Source: Alphaproteobacteria bacterium (GTDB lineage Bacteria > Pseudomonadota > Alphaproteobacteria > Rhizobiales > Xanthobacteraceae). Taken from it: 64,000 nt of DNA. Positions within the stretch are counted from its first letter, which is position 1, and every line of letters starts with the position of its first letter. Below are positions 17,344 to 26,839 of the stretch, one piece after another. Location of the stretch: NCBI GenBank assembly GCA_005884765.1, contig VAZV01000129.1:17687-81686 (forward strand). Reading direction: 5' to 3'. The notes under the pieces were generated by a model. The model was not told the origin of the DNA, did not search any database, and saw only the letters and a program-made list of their open reading frames with translations. A program made the position numbers and the translations under genes.

Positions 17344-18876
17344 TCAGTGCCCCGCCATGTGCCGACCGATCTCGGTCAAGTCGGCCTCGCTGGCGCGCGC
17401 TTCGTAGACGAACTGGCCGTGAAACATCACGACCAGGCGGTCGGACAGTTCGAGCAATTCGTCGAGGTCCTCGCTCACCAGCAGCACGGCCGCGCCGCGG
17501 TTTCGCGCGGCCATGATCTCGGCATGGATTTGCGCGACCGCCGCGAAATCGAGACCGAAACAGGGATTGGCGGCGATCAGCACCTCGACATCGCCGCCAA
17601 GCTCGCGCGCCAGCACGGTGCGCTGGACGTTGCCGCCGGACAGCGCCGAGATCGGCGTATCGGGCGTGCGGGTCTTGATCTTGTATTGCGCGATCTTCTT
17701 CTCGGCGTCGTCGCGAAACGCCGTACGGTTGAGCCACCAGCCGCCGCTTGCGAACGGGGCGCGATCGAACTCGCGGAAGGCGATGTTGTCGGCGACGCTC
17801 ATGCCGCCGACGCAGGCGTTCTTCAGCGGTTCTTCCGGCAACAGCGACATCTTGTGCCGGCGCATTTCCTCGCGGCTGGCGCGATAGATATCGCCGGCGA
17901 CGCGAACCTCGCCGCTTTCGGCCTCGCGTTGGCCAGCGAGCACCTCGACGAGCTGGCGCTGGCCGTTGCCCGAGACGCCGGCGATGCCGACGATTTCCCC
18001 GCCGCGGACGGCAAGCGAGACGCCACGGACCGCGATCGCCCCGGCGTCGTCGAGCGCGCTCAGCTTGTCCAGCTCCAACCGTGCCTCACCGACCCCGCCG
18101 ACCCGGGCCGGCTGAATGGTCAGCTCCTCCGCGCCGATCATCATGCGGGCCATGTTGTCGGGCGTGAGATCGGCCACCTTGCCGTGGCCGGCCAGCTTGC
18201 CGCGCCGCAGGATCGTCACCTCGTCCGCAAACGCCATCACCTCGCGGAATTTGTGCGTGATCATCAGGATCGTCAGATCGCCGCCGAGGACCATGTCGCG
18301 CAGCATGCCCAGCACTTCATCGGCCTCGCCCGGCGTCAGCACCGAGGTCGGCTCATCCAGGATCAGGAAACGCCGCTTCAAATAGAGCTGCTTGAGGATT
18401 TCGCACTTCTGCCGCTCGCCGGCGGAGATGTCCGACACCCTGGAATCGAGCGGCACCTTGAACGGCATCCGCGCGAGAAAGGCTGCCAGTTGCTTCTTTT
18501 CCTTGGTCCACTCGAGCACTGCCGGTACGTCGTCGCGCGCCAGCACCAGATTTTCGGCGACCGTCATCGCCGGCACCAGCGTAAAATGCTGATAGACCAT
18601 GCCAAGCCCGAGCGCGTGCGCGTCCTTTGGGTTCGCGATCGCCTGTTCGCGGCCGCCGACCAGCACGTCGCCTTCGGTCGGGTGGTAATAGCCCATGATG
18701 CATTTGACCAGCGTGCTTTTGCCGGCGCCGTTTTCGCCGAGCAGCGCGTGAAATGTGCCCGGGCGGACTTTGAGCGCGACATTGTCCAATGCCACGAAAT
18801 CGCCGAACCGCATCGTCATGGCGACGGCGTCGACGCCAAGGGCGCCTGCCGGCAACGGCGTCTCGCCGATGATCAC
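17344..18876 (-). CDS. ABC transporter ATP-binding protein with duplicated ATPase domains
   Basis: [24 protein letters not shown] and LSGGNVQR. The GTG start at 18876 forms a GTGA overlap with the stop of the cysteine hydrolase gene. Confidence 0.9.
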   Translation of the reverse strand: MIIGETPLPAGALGVDAVAMTMRFGDFVALDNVALKVRPGTFHALLGENGAGKSTLVKCIMGYYHPTEGDVLVGGREQAIANPKDAHALGLGMVYQHFTLVPAMTVAENLVLARDDVPAVLEWTKEKKQLAAFLARMPFKVPLDSRVSDISAGERQKCEILKQLYLKRRFLILDEPTSVLTPGEADEVLGMLRDMVLGGDLTILMITHKFREVMAFADEVTILRRGKLAGHGKVADLTPDNMARMMIGAEELTIQPARVGGVGEARLELDKLSALDDAGAIAVRGVSLAVRGGEIVGIAGVSGNGQRQLVEVLAGQREAESGEVRVAGDIYRASREEMRRHKMSLLPEEPLKNACVGGMSVADNIAFREFDRAPFASGGWWLNRTAFRDDAEKKIAQYKIKTRTPDTPISALSGGNVQRTVLARELGGDVEVLIAANPCFGLDFAAVAQIHAEIMAARNRGAAVLLVSEDLDELLELSDRLVVMFHGQFVYEARASEADLTEIGRHMAGH

Positions 18877-19556
18877 GACAACGCTCCGATCAGTTCGGCT
18901 GAACTTGCGACGGCGCCGAACACGCCGCCCTGCATCTTGATCATCTTCAGCGCGTGATCGTGGTTGCTCTTGTCGGTCGCGGCACAGCAGTCCTCGATCA
19001 GCACGCATTCGAAGCCGCGGTCGTTGGCCTCCCGCATCGTGGTGTGAACGCAGACATCGGTGGTGATGCCCGTGAGCACGATGTTCTCGATGCCGCGCAG
19101 CCGCAGCATCAATTCAAGATCGGTGGCGCAGAACGAGCCCTTGCCCGGCTTGTCGATGACAGGCTCGCCCGGCAATGGCGCCAAATCGGGAATGATCTCC
19201 CAGCCGGCTTCGCCGCGCACCAGCACGCGGCCGCAGGGGCCGGGATCGCCGATCCCGGCGCCGATCTGGCGCGAGCGCCAGCGCTTGTTGGCAGGCAGGT
19301 CAGTGAGATCGGGGCGGTGGCCCTCGCGGGTGTGGATGATGTGAAAACCTTGGGCCCGCATGACCGAGAGCAATCGCTTGATCGGCTCGATCGGCGCACG
19401 GGTCAGCGACAGATCGTATCCCATTTTGTCGACATAGCCGCCGACGCCGCAAAAATCCGTCTGCATGTCGATGATGATGAGCGCGGTATTTTCAGGCCGC
19501 AGATCGCCGTTGTAAGGCCACGCGTAGGGTTCGGATTTGACGTAACGCTCGGGCAT
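18873..19556 (-). CDS. Cysteine hydrolase (isochorismatase-like, RutB/carbamoylsarcosine-amidase-like)
   Basis: A D-K-C triad context is visible: [20 protein letters not shown] and [11 protein letters not shown]. Start at MPERYV. Confidence 0.85.
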   Translation of the reverse strand: MPERYVKSEPYAWPYNGDLRPENTALIIIDMQTDFCGVGGYVDKMGYDLSLTRAPIEPIKRLLSVMRAQGFHIIHTREGHRPDLTDLPANKRWRSRQIGAGIGDPGPCGRVLVRGEAGWEIIPDLAPLPGEPVIDKPGKGSFCATDLELMLRLRGIENIVLTGITTDVCVHTTMREANDRGFECVLIEDCCAATDKSNHDHALKMIKMQGGVFGAVASSAELIGALS

Positions 19557-19586
19557 GGTTTTCGGTCTCACGGCTAGCGCGTCCAG

Positions 19587-20513
19587 TTATCGGGTGATCG
19601 AGAGTTCAGCCGGCGCGCCGGTCAGCGTGCGTTTCGGCGAGCAGGTGATGATCATGATCGCAAGCGTCAGGATATAGGGCGCGGCGTTGAACAAGTAGTA
19701 GCCCGAGGTGATGCCGACCGATTGCAGCGCCGGGCCAAGCGCCGCGGCGCCGCCAAACGCTAGCGATGCCCACAGGCACAGCATGGGGTCCCATCGCGCG
19801 AAGATCACCAGCGCCACCGCGGTGATGCCTTGTCCGGAGGAGAGGCCCTCGTTCCAGCTGCCGGGATAGAACAGCGACAGGAACGAGCCGCCGATGCCGG
19901 CAAGGAAGCCGCCGACCATGGTGGCCTTGAGGCGGATCGCCAGCACGGAATAGCCCATCGCGCGCGCCGCGTCCGAGCTTTCGCCGGCGGTGCGGATCAA
20001 GAGGCCCCAGCGCGTGGTCCGGAAGGCCCAGTACAGCACCGGTGCCAGCACGACGCCGATCAAAAACAACACATTGATTCTGAGCGCGGCGCGCAGTTGG
20101 GCGATATCGCTCCACCATCCGAAATCGATCGCCGGCAGCCGCGGCGCCGTCGGCTCGATCAAAGGCTTGCCGAGATAGAACGCCAGGCCCGTGCCGAACA
20201 GCATCAGCGCGATGCCCACCGCGATGTCGTTGACGCGCGGCAGCGAGCAAATCCCGGCGTGCAGCGCGCCGAGCAGCGATCCCGTCACGCCGGCGGCGAG
20301 CACGCCGAGCCAGGGTGATCCCGTGAGATAGGAGACGCCGTAGGCGCTCATCGCGCCCATCACCAGCGTGCCCTCGAGCCCGAGGTTGATGCGCCCGGAC
20401 CGCTCGGTGATGCACTCACCGAGGCTGACGAACAGGAACGGCGTGGAAACGCGGATCGCGCCGCCGAATACCGCGAGGGGGACCGTCCAGAGCCCGATCG
20501 TTCCGTCCGCCAT
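19587..20513 (-). CDS. ABC transporter permease (BMP-type system 2)
   Basis: 308-aa polytopic ORF, 1-nt gap from the upstream permease. Confidence 0.88.
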   Translation of the reverse strand: MADGTIGLWTVPLAVFGGAIRVSTPFLFVSLGECITERSGRINLGLEGTLVMGAMSAYGVSYLTGSPWLGVLAAGVTGSLLGALHAGICSLPRVNDIAVGIALMLFGTGLAFYLGKPLIEPTAPRLPAIDFGWWSDIAQLRAALRINVLFLIGVVLAPVLYWAFRTTRWGLLIRTAGESSDAARAMGYSVLAIRLKATMVGGFLAGIGGSFLSLFYPGSWNEGLSSGQGITAVALVIFARWDPMLCLWASLAFGGAAALGPALQSVGITSGYYLFNAAPYILTLAIMIITCSPKRTLTGAPAELSITR

Positions 20514-20514
20514 G

Positions 20515-21624
20515 TCAGGACTTGCCCTTCAGAAAGCCAATTCGTCCGTACAGCGCATCGCTCGCGAGAACGAAGGCGAAGATAATTCCTTGCAGCACCT
20601 GCACGGATGCATCGGGCAGGCCGAGCCTGCGCTGCAACAGGCCGCCGCTGGCGCTGATGCCGCCGAGCAGGATCGCGACCGGTATAATTGCAAGCGGATT
20701 TTGCCGCGCCAGGAAGGCGACGAGGATGCCGGTGAAGCCGTAGCCGGCGGCAAGATTGGCATTGGTGCGGCCCTGCACGGCGGCGACTTCCACCATTCCG
20801 GCAAGGCCAGCCGAGGCGCCCGCCAGAAAACAGATGGTCATGATCAGTTTGCCGACACCGAGGCCTACGATTTTGGCGGCGCGAATGTTGCCGCCGGCCA
20901 CGCGCGCGGCGAAGCCGAACACGGTGTGATAGATCAGGATGTAGGAGGCAACGGCGGCAATCAGGCCGAACACCAGACCCCAATGCACGTCGGTGCCGGG
21001 AATGCTGCCGATCATGTTGGCGGCGCCGATCTCGCGCGTCGAGGGTTTGTTGAGGCTCGCCGGATCCCGCATCACGCCTTCGACCAGATGGTTGAGGATG
21101 GCGAGCGCGATATAGACGAGCAGCAGGCTCGATATCGTTTCGTTGACGCCGCGATATTGCCGCAAGCCGCCCGACAGCATGATCCACGAGCCCCCGCCGA
21201 TCATGCCGGCGCAGACCATCGCGAGTTGCACCACGAGCGGCGGCATTGACGGCAAGGCCAGTGCCGCGCCGGTGGCCGCGAGCGCGCCGATCAGCAGCGC
21301 GCCTTCGCCGCCGATGATCACCATGCCGAGCTGCGCCGGCAGCGCCGTGCATAATGCGGTCAGTATCAGCGGCGCCGCGCGCGCCAGCGTGTTTTGCCAG
21401 GAGAACCAGGTGCCGAATGCGCCCTGGTACATATAGAAGTAGAGATCGAGCGGGTTCTTGCCGAACAGGGCGACGAAGACGCCGAACACCGCGAGCGCGC
21501 CGACCAGCGCCGCGCCCGGAATGAGGACGTATTCGATGGTCGTGCCGTGACGCTGGAGGAATCCTGGGTCGGCGGCCGGAGCTACTCCGACCGCCTCCAC
21601 ACCATCCGCCGTGTCTGTCGTCAC
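20515..21624 (-). CDS. ABC transporter permease (BMP-type system 2)
   Basis: 369-aa polytopic ORF. Its GTG start makes a GTGA overlap with the substrate-binding protein stop. Confidence 0.88.
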   Translation of the reverse strand: MTTDTADGVEAVGVAPAADPGFLQRHGTTIEYVLIPGAALVGALAVFGVFVALFGKNPLDLYFYMYQGAFGTWFSWQNTLARAAPLILTALCTALPAQLGMVIIGGEGALLIGALAATGAALALPSMPPLVVQLAMVCAGMIGGGSWIMLSGGLRQYRGVNETISSLLLVYIALAILNHLVEGVMRDPASLNKPSTREIGAANMIGSIPGTDVHWGLVFGLIAAVASYILIYHTVFGFAARVAGGNIRAAKIVGLGVGKLIMTICFLAGASAGLAGMVEVAAVQGRTNANLAAGYGFTGILVAFLARQNPLAIIPVAILLGGISASGGLLQRRLGLPDASVQVLQGIIFAFVLASDALYGRIGFLKGKS

Positions 21625-22730
21625 GAAGTCGCCCCGATCACGCCCTCGACCAGATAATCCATCTTTTCGAGCTCGGGATCTTTCTGGCCGCGGTCGGTGC
21701 CGGCCGCGATCACGGCCTTGCCCTTGTTGTCCATGATCGGGCCCTTGAAGATGGTGTAGTCGCCGGCCGTGAGCTTGGCCTTGACGTCGTCGGCGTGCTT
21801 GCGCGCTTCCGCCGAGACGGCTTCACCGTAAGGGGACACCTTGACGATCTCTTCCTTGAGGCCGCCGCGGTAGAAGTTCGGGATCGATTCACCGGCGGCG
21901 ATCATCTTGACGAATTTCGGATACAGCGCTTCCCAATTCCATTCGGCGCCGGTGAGATAGGCCTTCGGCGCCAAGGGCGACTGGTTGACGTGATAGCCAC
22001 AGACCATGGCGCCGCGGCGGGCTGCGTTCTCCACCATGGTCTTCGGTCCGTCGACGTGGCAGGTCAGAACATCGACGCCCTGATCGATCAGGCTGTTGGT
22101 CGCCTCGGCTTCTTTGACCGGCATCGACCAGTCGCCGGTGAAGATGACCTGCGTGGTGGCCTTCGGATTGGCAAGCTTGGCGCCTAACGTGAAGGCATTG
22201 ATGTTGCGCAACACCTGCGGGATCGGCTTGGCGGCAACGAAGCCGAGCTTGCCGGTCTTGGACGTGTAGCCCGCGACGATGCCTGAAATATATTGCGCCT
22301 CGTCGATATAGCCGAAATAGCTGCCGGCGTTCTTCGGATCCTTCTCGCTCCACAAGCCGCCGCAATGTTCGAAGCGCAGCTTCGGAAACTTGTTGGCCAT
22401 CTTGATCATGTGCGGATTGTAGTAACCGAACGATGTCGGGAACAGCAGCGTCGCGCCGTCGAGATTGATCATCGATTCCATCGTCTTTTCGACGGCGTCG
22501 GTTTCCGCCACCTTCTCTTCCTCGACGATCTTGAGCCCGGGTATCTTCTTCAACGCCGCCGCGCCTTGGGCGTGGGCCTGGTTGTAACCATAGTCGTCGC
22601 GCGATCCGACGTAGATGAAGCCAATCGTGGTGTCTGCCGCGAGTGCGGAACGTGCGCCGAGCGCGCTGCCGAGTGTCAGCGCCGCACTGCCTTGCAAGAG
22701 GTGCCGTCGTGAAATCCTGCCAAAATCCAT
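21621..22730 (-). CDS. BMP-family ABC transporter substrate-binding protein (system 2)
   Basis: Start trimmed to MDFGRISRRHLLQGSAALTLGSALGARSALAA (Tat-like signal). TIGFIYVGSRDDYGYNQAH is a BMP signature. Confidence 0.86.
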   Translation of the reverse strand: MDFGRISRRHLLQGSAALTLGSALGARSALAADTTIGFIYVGSRDDYGYNQAHAQGAAALKKIPGLKIVEEEKVAETDAVEKTMESMINLDGATLLFPTSFGYYNPHMIKMANKFPKLRFEHCGGLWSEKDPKNAGSYFGYIDEAQYISGIVAGYTSKTGKLGFVAAKPIPQVLRNINAFTLGAKLANPKATTQVIFTGDWSMPVKEAEATNSLIDQGVDVLTCHVDGPKTMVENAARRGAMVCGYHVNQSPLAPKAYLTGAEWNWEALYPKFVKMIAAGESIPNFYRGGLKEEIVKVSPYGEAVSAEARKHADDVKAKLTAGDYTIFKGPIMDNKGKAVIAAGTDRGQKDPELEKMDYLVEGVIGATS

Positions 22731-22841
22731 TAGCCTGCTCCCATGGGCGGATACGCCGCCGCTAGTTTCGCCGCTTCGCCCGATCGGCGGAGCCCAGGGG
22801 CGATGTCGCAATCTTCATGCCAGAGCCGCATTAGCGAGCAT

Positions 22842-22856
22842 ATCCGTTTAACGGAT
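22842..22856. promoter_or_regulatory. Palindrome ATCCGT-TTA-ACGGAT in a divergent control region
   Basis: Read directly. It lies in the AT-richer 424-bp gap between the system-2 operon and the amidohydrolase gene. Confidence 0.3.
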
Positions 22857-23085
22857 TGATATTATTGTGATATGCATGACGAATGTGACCGAATGAATCT
22901 TGTGCAAAGGAGCCTTTGCTCAAAACATCGGCATCATTTTGTGATTGTATGCAAGGTAGTTAAGCAGCCTTAACCGATTGTTGGCGCCTCGGACTGCAAG
23001 CAGTTGCCGATTTTGATCATTTACCGGCTGGCCAAGCCGATTGGGGCTGCTACCACTCGGGCTGCGCGAACAAACGTGTTTCGGC

Positions 23086-23100
23086 TGGCACTGAACTTGT
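23086..23100 (+). promoter_or_regulatory. Near-consensus sigma54 -24/-12 element (TGGCAC-N5-TTGT)
   Basis: TGGCACTGAACTTGT lies ~55 nt upstream of the ATG at 23155. The -12 element is GT rather than the canonical GC. Confidence 0.3.
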
Positions 23101-23154
23101 ATCGATGGCCGGCAGCGTTGCGGATCGCCGCAAACTTTCGGCATTTGGATAATC

Positions 23155-24429
23155 ATGACCAAGATGGATGCGGAAAGCGTCCGGCCTGACACCCTGTCGC
23201 GCGGCGATGAGATCGTCAGCCGGATCAATCAACTAGCAGCGATCTCCGAGACGCCGGCACATCTGGCGCGGATTTTCCTCACCAGGGAGCATCGTGCCGC
23301 GGCCGAACTGATCCTCACCTGGATGCGATCGGCCGGAATGGCCGCGCACCTCGATCCGATTGGCAACGTCTGCGGTCGCTATGAAGGCGATCGGCCCAGT
23401 TTGCCGTGCCTGATGCTGGGCTCGCATTACGATACCGTCCGCGATGCCGGAAAGTGGGATGGCCCGCTCGGGTTGATCACGGCGATTTCCTGCGTCGCCG
23501 AACTTTCGAAACGAGCACGGCGTTTGCCGTTCGCAATCGAAGTGATCGGCTTCGCCGACGAAGAGGGCGTCCGGTTCGCTTCGACGCTGCTCGGCAGCCG
23601 CGCCGTTGCCGGCACCTTCGACGAGAGCGCGCTTGGTGCAAAGGACACGGCCGGAATCTCGTTGCGCGAGGCGCTGACCGAATTTGGACTCGACCCCGGC
23701 CACATCGGCGCGGCCGCGCGCGCGCGCCGCGAATTGCTTGCCTACGTTGAACTGCACATCGAGCAGGGGCCGGTGCTGGAAGCCGAGAGCCTGCCGGTCG
23801 GCGTCGTCACCGCGATTGCAGGGGCGACGCGGCTTGCGGCGAGACTGACGGGCATGGCCGGCCACGCCGGTACCGTGCCGATGCCGTTACGCCGCGACGC
23901 GCTGGCGGGTGCCGCCGAATGCATTGGTGCGATCGAGGAATTTTGCCGGACTGACGAAGGCGGGCTGGTCGGCACCGTCGGTTATATCCATGCGATGCCG
24001 GGTGCTACCAATGTCATTCCGGGGCAGGTCTCCTTCACGATCGACATCCGCGCGCCGACCGACGCGCACCGCAAGCGTGCGGTCACCGACATCGTTCGCC
24101 AGATCGAAGCGATCGCCAAACGTCGCAAGCTGGCGCTGCAGCTCGACGTCACCCATGAGAATCGCACGGTGCCCTGCGCGCCGTGGCTGCAGCAACAGGT
24201 GGCGGAAGCCATCGCGGCCGAGGGCTATCGCGTGTTCGAACTGCCGAGCGGGGCCGGGCACGACGGCATGGCGATGATCGACATCGCCGATGTCGGCATG
24301 GTGTTCGTGCGTTGCCGCGGCGGCATCAGCCACCATCCCGACGAGCATGTCGACTTGGCAGACGCCGATGCCGGCGCGCGTGTGTTGCTGCGGTTGATCG
24401 AGAATTTTCGGCCGCGCAGTGGGACTTGA
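23155..24429 (+). CDS. Allantoate amidohydrolase / N-carbamoyl-amino-acid amidohydrolase (M20 family)
   Basis: 424 aa. LMLGSHYDTV..GKWDGPLG, FADEEGVRF and AGHAGTVPM are typical of the hydantoinase/carbamoylase amidase family. Confidence 0.85.
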   Translation: MTKMDAESVRPDTLSRGDEIVSRINQLAAISETPAHLARIFLTREHRAAAELILTWMRSAGMAAHLDPIGNVCGRYEGDRPSLPCLMLGSHYDTVRDAGKWDGPLGLITAISCVAELSKRARRLPFAIEVIGFADEEGVRFASTLLGSRAVAGTFDESALGAKDTAGISLREALTEFGLDPGHIGAAARARRELLAYVELHIEQGPVLEAESLPVGVVTAIAGATRLAARLTGMAGHAGTVPMPLRRDALAGAAECIGAIEEFCRTDEGGLVGTVGYIHAMPGATNVIPGQVSFTIDIRAPTDAHRKRAVTDIVRQIEAIAKRRKLALQLDVTHENRTVPCAPWLQQQVAEAIAAEGYRVFELPSGAGHDGMAMIDIADVGMVFVRCRGGISHHPDEHVDLADADAGARVLLRLIENFRPRSGT

Positions 24430-24527
24430 TAGTCGGCGGGCAGGCGGTGATCGCCCCAGAGAAGTCGGACTGGGGGAATTCCCAGTCCGACCTCTTTGAC
24501 ATCGGCCACTTCAGCGCCCGGACCTAG

Positions 24528-24788
24528 TCAATATCCCGGCGTAGGTTCGCAGGGGACGTCGTTATCCCAGGGCTGGCTGGCAAACTGGCCTACGCGCGGA
24601 GCGGGGTAGCAAGAAACCCCGCCCGCGTAAGGCGCAGGAGCGCTGGCATAGGCTTCGTCAGGTGCAGCGAACGGGGCGCTGATATCGGCGCGTGCGGCAA
24701 AGTTCGGATGATACTCCCGAGCCGCCACAGGACCGGCCAACATGGCTGTGGCAATCAGCCCAGCCGCCAGAAGTTTGGACTTGGTCAT
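24528..24788 (-). CDS. Small secreted protein
   Basis: Start trimmed to MTKSKLLAAGLIATAMLAGPVAA (signal peptide). 86 aa with two Cys. Confidence 0.55.
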   Translation of the reverse strand: MTKSKLLAAGLIATAMLAGPVAAREYHPNFAARADISAPFAAPDEAYASAPAPYAGGVSCYPAPRVGQFASQPWDNDVPCEPTPGY

Positions 24789-24920
24789 GCAGTTTCTCCA
24801 TCGCATCTTGAGAAGCCGATTCGTGGCCTCTCGCGGCAGAGATGGAGCGGCGAGCCATCGATTAAACCCCAACGCGTCCTCACATCTGTTCAGCGACGCG
24901 CGAGGCCGGCAAATGCTTGA

Positions 24921-25187
24921 TCAGCGTCCGCCCTCCTCGGCGGCTTGCTCCGCTGGGCTCCTGTAAGATTCGTCCTCGGGGTAGCCGCGTTGCCAAGTGC
25001 CGTACGCCGACGGAGAGCCGTAGCAGTGGCGGCGTCCATGGAAACCGTATGCGCTACAAACATAGCCGACATCATCGATGTTCGACAGGCGACCCCTCGA
25101 CATCAGAGGCTGCGCCGATGCCGGGCCGGAGATGAAGGCGATGCCGCCCGCGGCAGCGAGCCCGATAAGTGCGTGCTCAAGTTTCAT
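24921..25187 (-). CDS. Small secreted protein
   Basis: Start trimmed to MKLEHALIGLAAAGGIAFISGPASA. 88 aa. Confidence 0.55.
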   Translation of the reverse strand: MKLEHALIGLAAAGGIAFISGPASAQPLMSRGRLSNIDDVGYVCSAYGFHGRRHCYGSPSAYGTWQRGYPEDESYRSPAEQAAEEGGR

Positions 25188-25229
25188 AACTTCTCCTGGT
25201 AGGCCGGACGGGACACCCCCGCTCAATCC

Positions 25230-25248
25230 AAAACGGGGCTGAGCCCCG
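25230..25248 (-). terminator. Short GC hairpin terminator after dctA
   Basis: CGGGGC-TGA-GCCCCG. The plus-strand AAAA gives the T-tract on the minus strand. Confidence 0.45.
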
Positions 25249-25359
25249 AGCGTTTCGTTTCAGCAGCAGGTGACAGATCAACTAATGCTGATGCGTCCGC
25301 TCCCGCACTTTGAGACCTGCGAACCGCCCTCCAGGTCGACCGCTTATGTCAATTCACGA

Positions 25360-26682
25360 CTATCCCGCCGTCACGTCGACCAGCTCGGCGCCGTCGAGAA
25401 CGTTCCTCGCCTTGGCGAGATCGAGATCGCCTTCCCAGGCGGCGACCACGACGGTCGCGATGCAGTTGCCGATCAGGTTGCCGAGCGCGCGCGCCATCCC
25501 GATGAACCAGTCGACCGAGAGCACCAGCACGAGACCGATCGCCGGAATGCTAGGCACCGCGTTCAGCGTCGCCGCCAGGATCACGATCGCCGAGCCGGGA
25601 ACACCGTGCGCGCCCTTCGACGTGATCAGGGATACGCCAAGCACCAGAAGCAGATCGCCGAACGACAGCGGGGTGTTGGTCGCCTGCGCGATGAAGACGA
25701 CGGCAAGCGTCAGGTAGATCGAGAATGCGTCGAGATTGAAAGAATAGCCGGTGGGGATGACGAGCCCGACCACAGAATCCTTGACCCCGAGCCGCTCGAG
25801 CTTGCGCATGATCTGCGGCAGCACCGCGTCGGAAGAGGCGGTGGCGAGCACGATCGTCAGTTCCTCGCGCAGGTAATTCAGGAATTTGAGGATGTTCAGC
25901 CCAGCCAGCGCCATCACGCTGCCGAGCACGCCGAGCACGAAGATCGCAAGCGAGACGTAGAACAGGGCGACCAGCGAGACCAATTGCTTGAGCGAGCCGA
26001 CGCCATATTGTCCAACCGTGTAGGCGACTGCACCGAGCACGCCGAGCGGCGCCACGCGCACGATCAGTCCCATCGCCCGGAACAGCACGGTCGATACAGC
26101 GTCGATCAGCGACGAGATCTTTTCGCCCTTTTCGCCACCGACCAGCGCGAGGCTGACGCCGAATAGAATCGCGAAGAACAGCACCTGCAGCACGTCGTTA
26201 CGGGCCAACGCGTCGAACGACGTGGTCGGAATGATGTTCATCAGGAAGCTGCCGATGCCGCCGCCCTTCAGCTTGTGGGCGTTGTCGGCATAACTCGAGA
26301 GCGCTTTCGCATCGAGCGTCGACGGATCGATGTTCATGCCGTGGCCTGGGCCGAACAAGTAAGCGAGCAGCAGGCCGACGACGAGAGCGATCGTGGTCAT
26401 CGTCTCGAAATAGATCAACGCCTTGACGCCGACGCGGCCGACCTTCTTGAGGTCGCCGGCCCCCGCGATGCCATGCACCACCACGCAGAACACGATGGGC
26501 GCGACGATCATCGAAATCAGCTTCAAAAACGCATCGCTGAGGATCTTCAGGCTGACAGCAAAGTCGGGCACGGCCATGCCCAGCACGATTCCGAGCAGCA
26601 GTGCCACGAGGACCTGGACGAACAGCGAACTATAGAGCGGCTTTCGCGCAACCGGCGCAGCAGTGGCTGATATCGTCGACAT
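25360..26682 (-). CDS. dctA: C4-dicarboxylate transport protein DctA
   Basis: 440 aa. PLYSSLFVQVLVALLLGIVLG and the overall pattern of the dicarboxylate/amino-acid:cation symporter family. Confidence 0.9.
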   Translation of the reverse strand: MSTISATAAPVARKPLYSSLFVQVLVALLLGIVLGMAVPDFAVSLKILSDAFLKLISMIVAPIVFCVVVHGIAGAGDLKKVGRVGVKALIYFETMTTIALVVGLLLAYLFGPGHGMNIDPSTLDAKALSSYADNAHKLKGGGIGSFLMNIIPTTSFDALARNDVLQVLFFAILFGVSLALVGGEKGEKISSLIDAVSTVLFRAMGLIVRVAPLGVLGAVAYTVGQYGVGSLKQLVSLVALFYVSLAIFVLGVLGSVMALAGLNILKFLNYLREELTIVLATASSDAVLPQIMRKLERLGVKDSVVGLVIPTGYSFNLDAFSIYLTLAVVFIAQATNTPLSFGDLLLVLGVSLITSKGAHGVPGSAIVILAATLNAVPSIPAIGLVLVLSVDWFIGMARALGNLIGNCIATVVVAAWEGDLDLAKARNVLDGAELVDVTAG

Positions 26683-26724
26683 GGCGTGTTCCCCTCGGTT
26701 TGGGCCATCCTAGGCGACAAATGA

Positions 26725-26740
26725 GCAACAAGCGTGCCAG
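26725..26740 (-). promoter_or_regulatory. sigma54 (-24/-12) promoter of dctA
   Basis: The minus strand reads TGGCACGCTTGTTGC, an exact TGGCAC-N5-TTGC, ~43 nt upstream of the dctA ATG. Confidence 0.8.
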
Positions 26741-26823
26741 CTTGAGGGCGCAGCGCGCCTAAACAACAATTATTCCGCCGCCCGACGCAAGCGGTCGCCT
26801 TGATAAGTCGAAGGCGCAGCGGC

Positions 26824-26839
26824 CAAGTGCAGGCACTTG
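26824..26839. promoter_or_regulatory. Perfect palindrome CAAGTGC-AG-GCACTTG, candidate enhancer-binding-protein site
   Basis: ~85-100 bp upstream of the -24 element, nested inside the outer inverted repeat AAGTCGA...TCGACTT. Confidence 0.45.

Noticed and set aside
17329-18957. 542-aa plus-strand ORF covering the whole ABC ATPase gene in antisense
   Set aside because: The translation is Arg/Ala/Gly/Asp/His-rich with no motif. The opposite strand carries unmistakable Walker and ABC signature motifs. This is the typical long antisense ORF of high-GC DNA.
25270-26166. 298-aa plus-strand ORF antisense to dctA
   Set aside because: Highly charged Arg/Asp/His/Glu composition with no domain. The dctA frame is clearly real.
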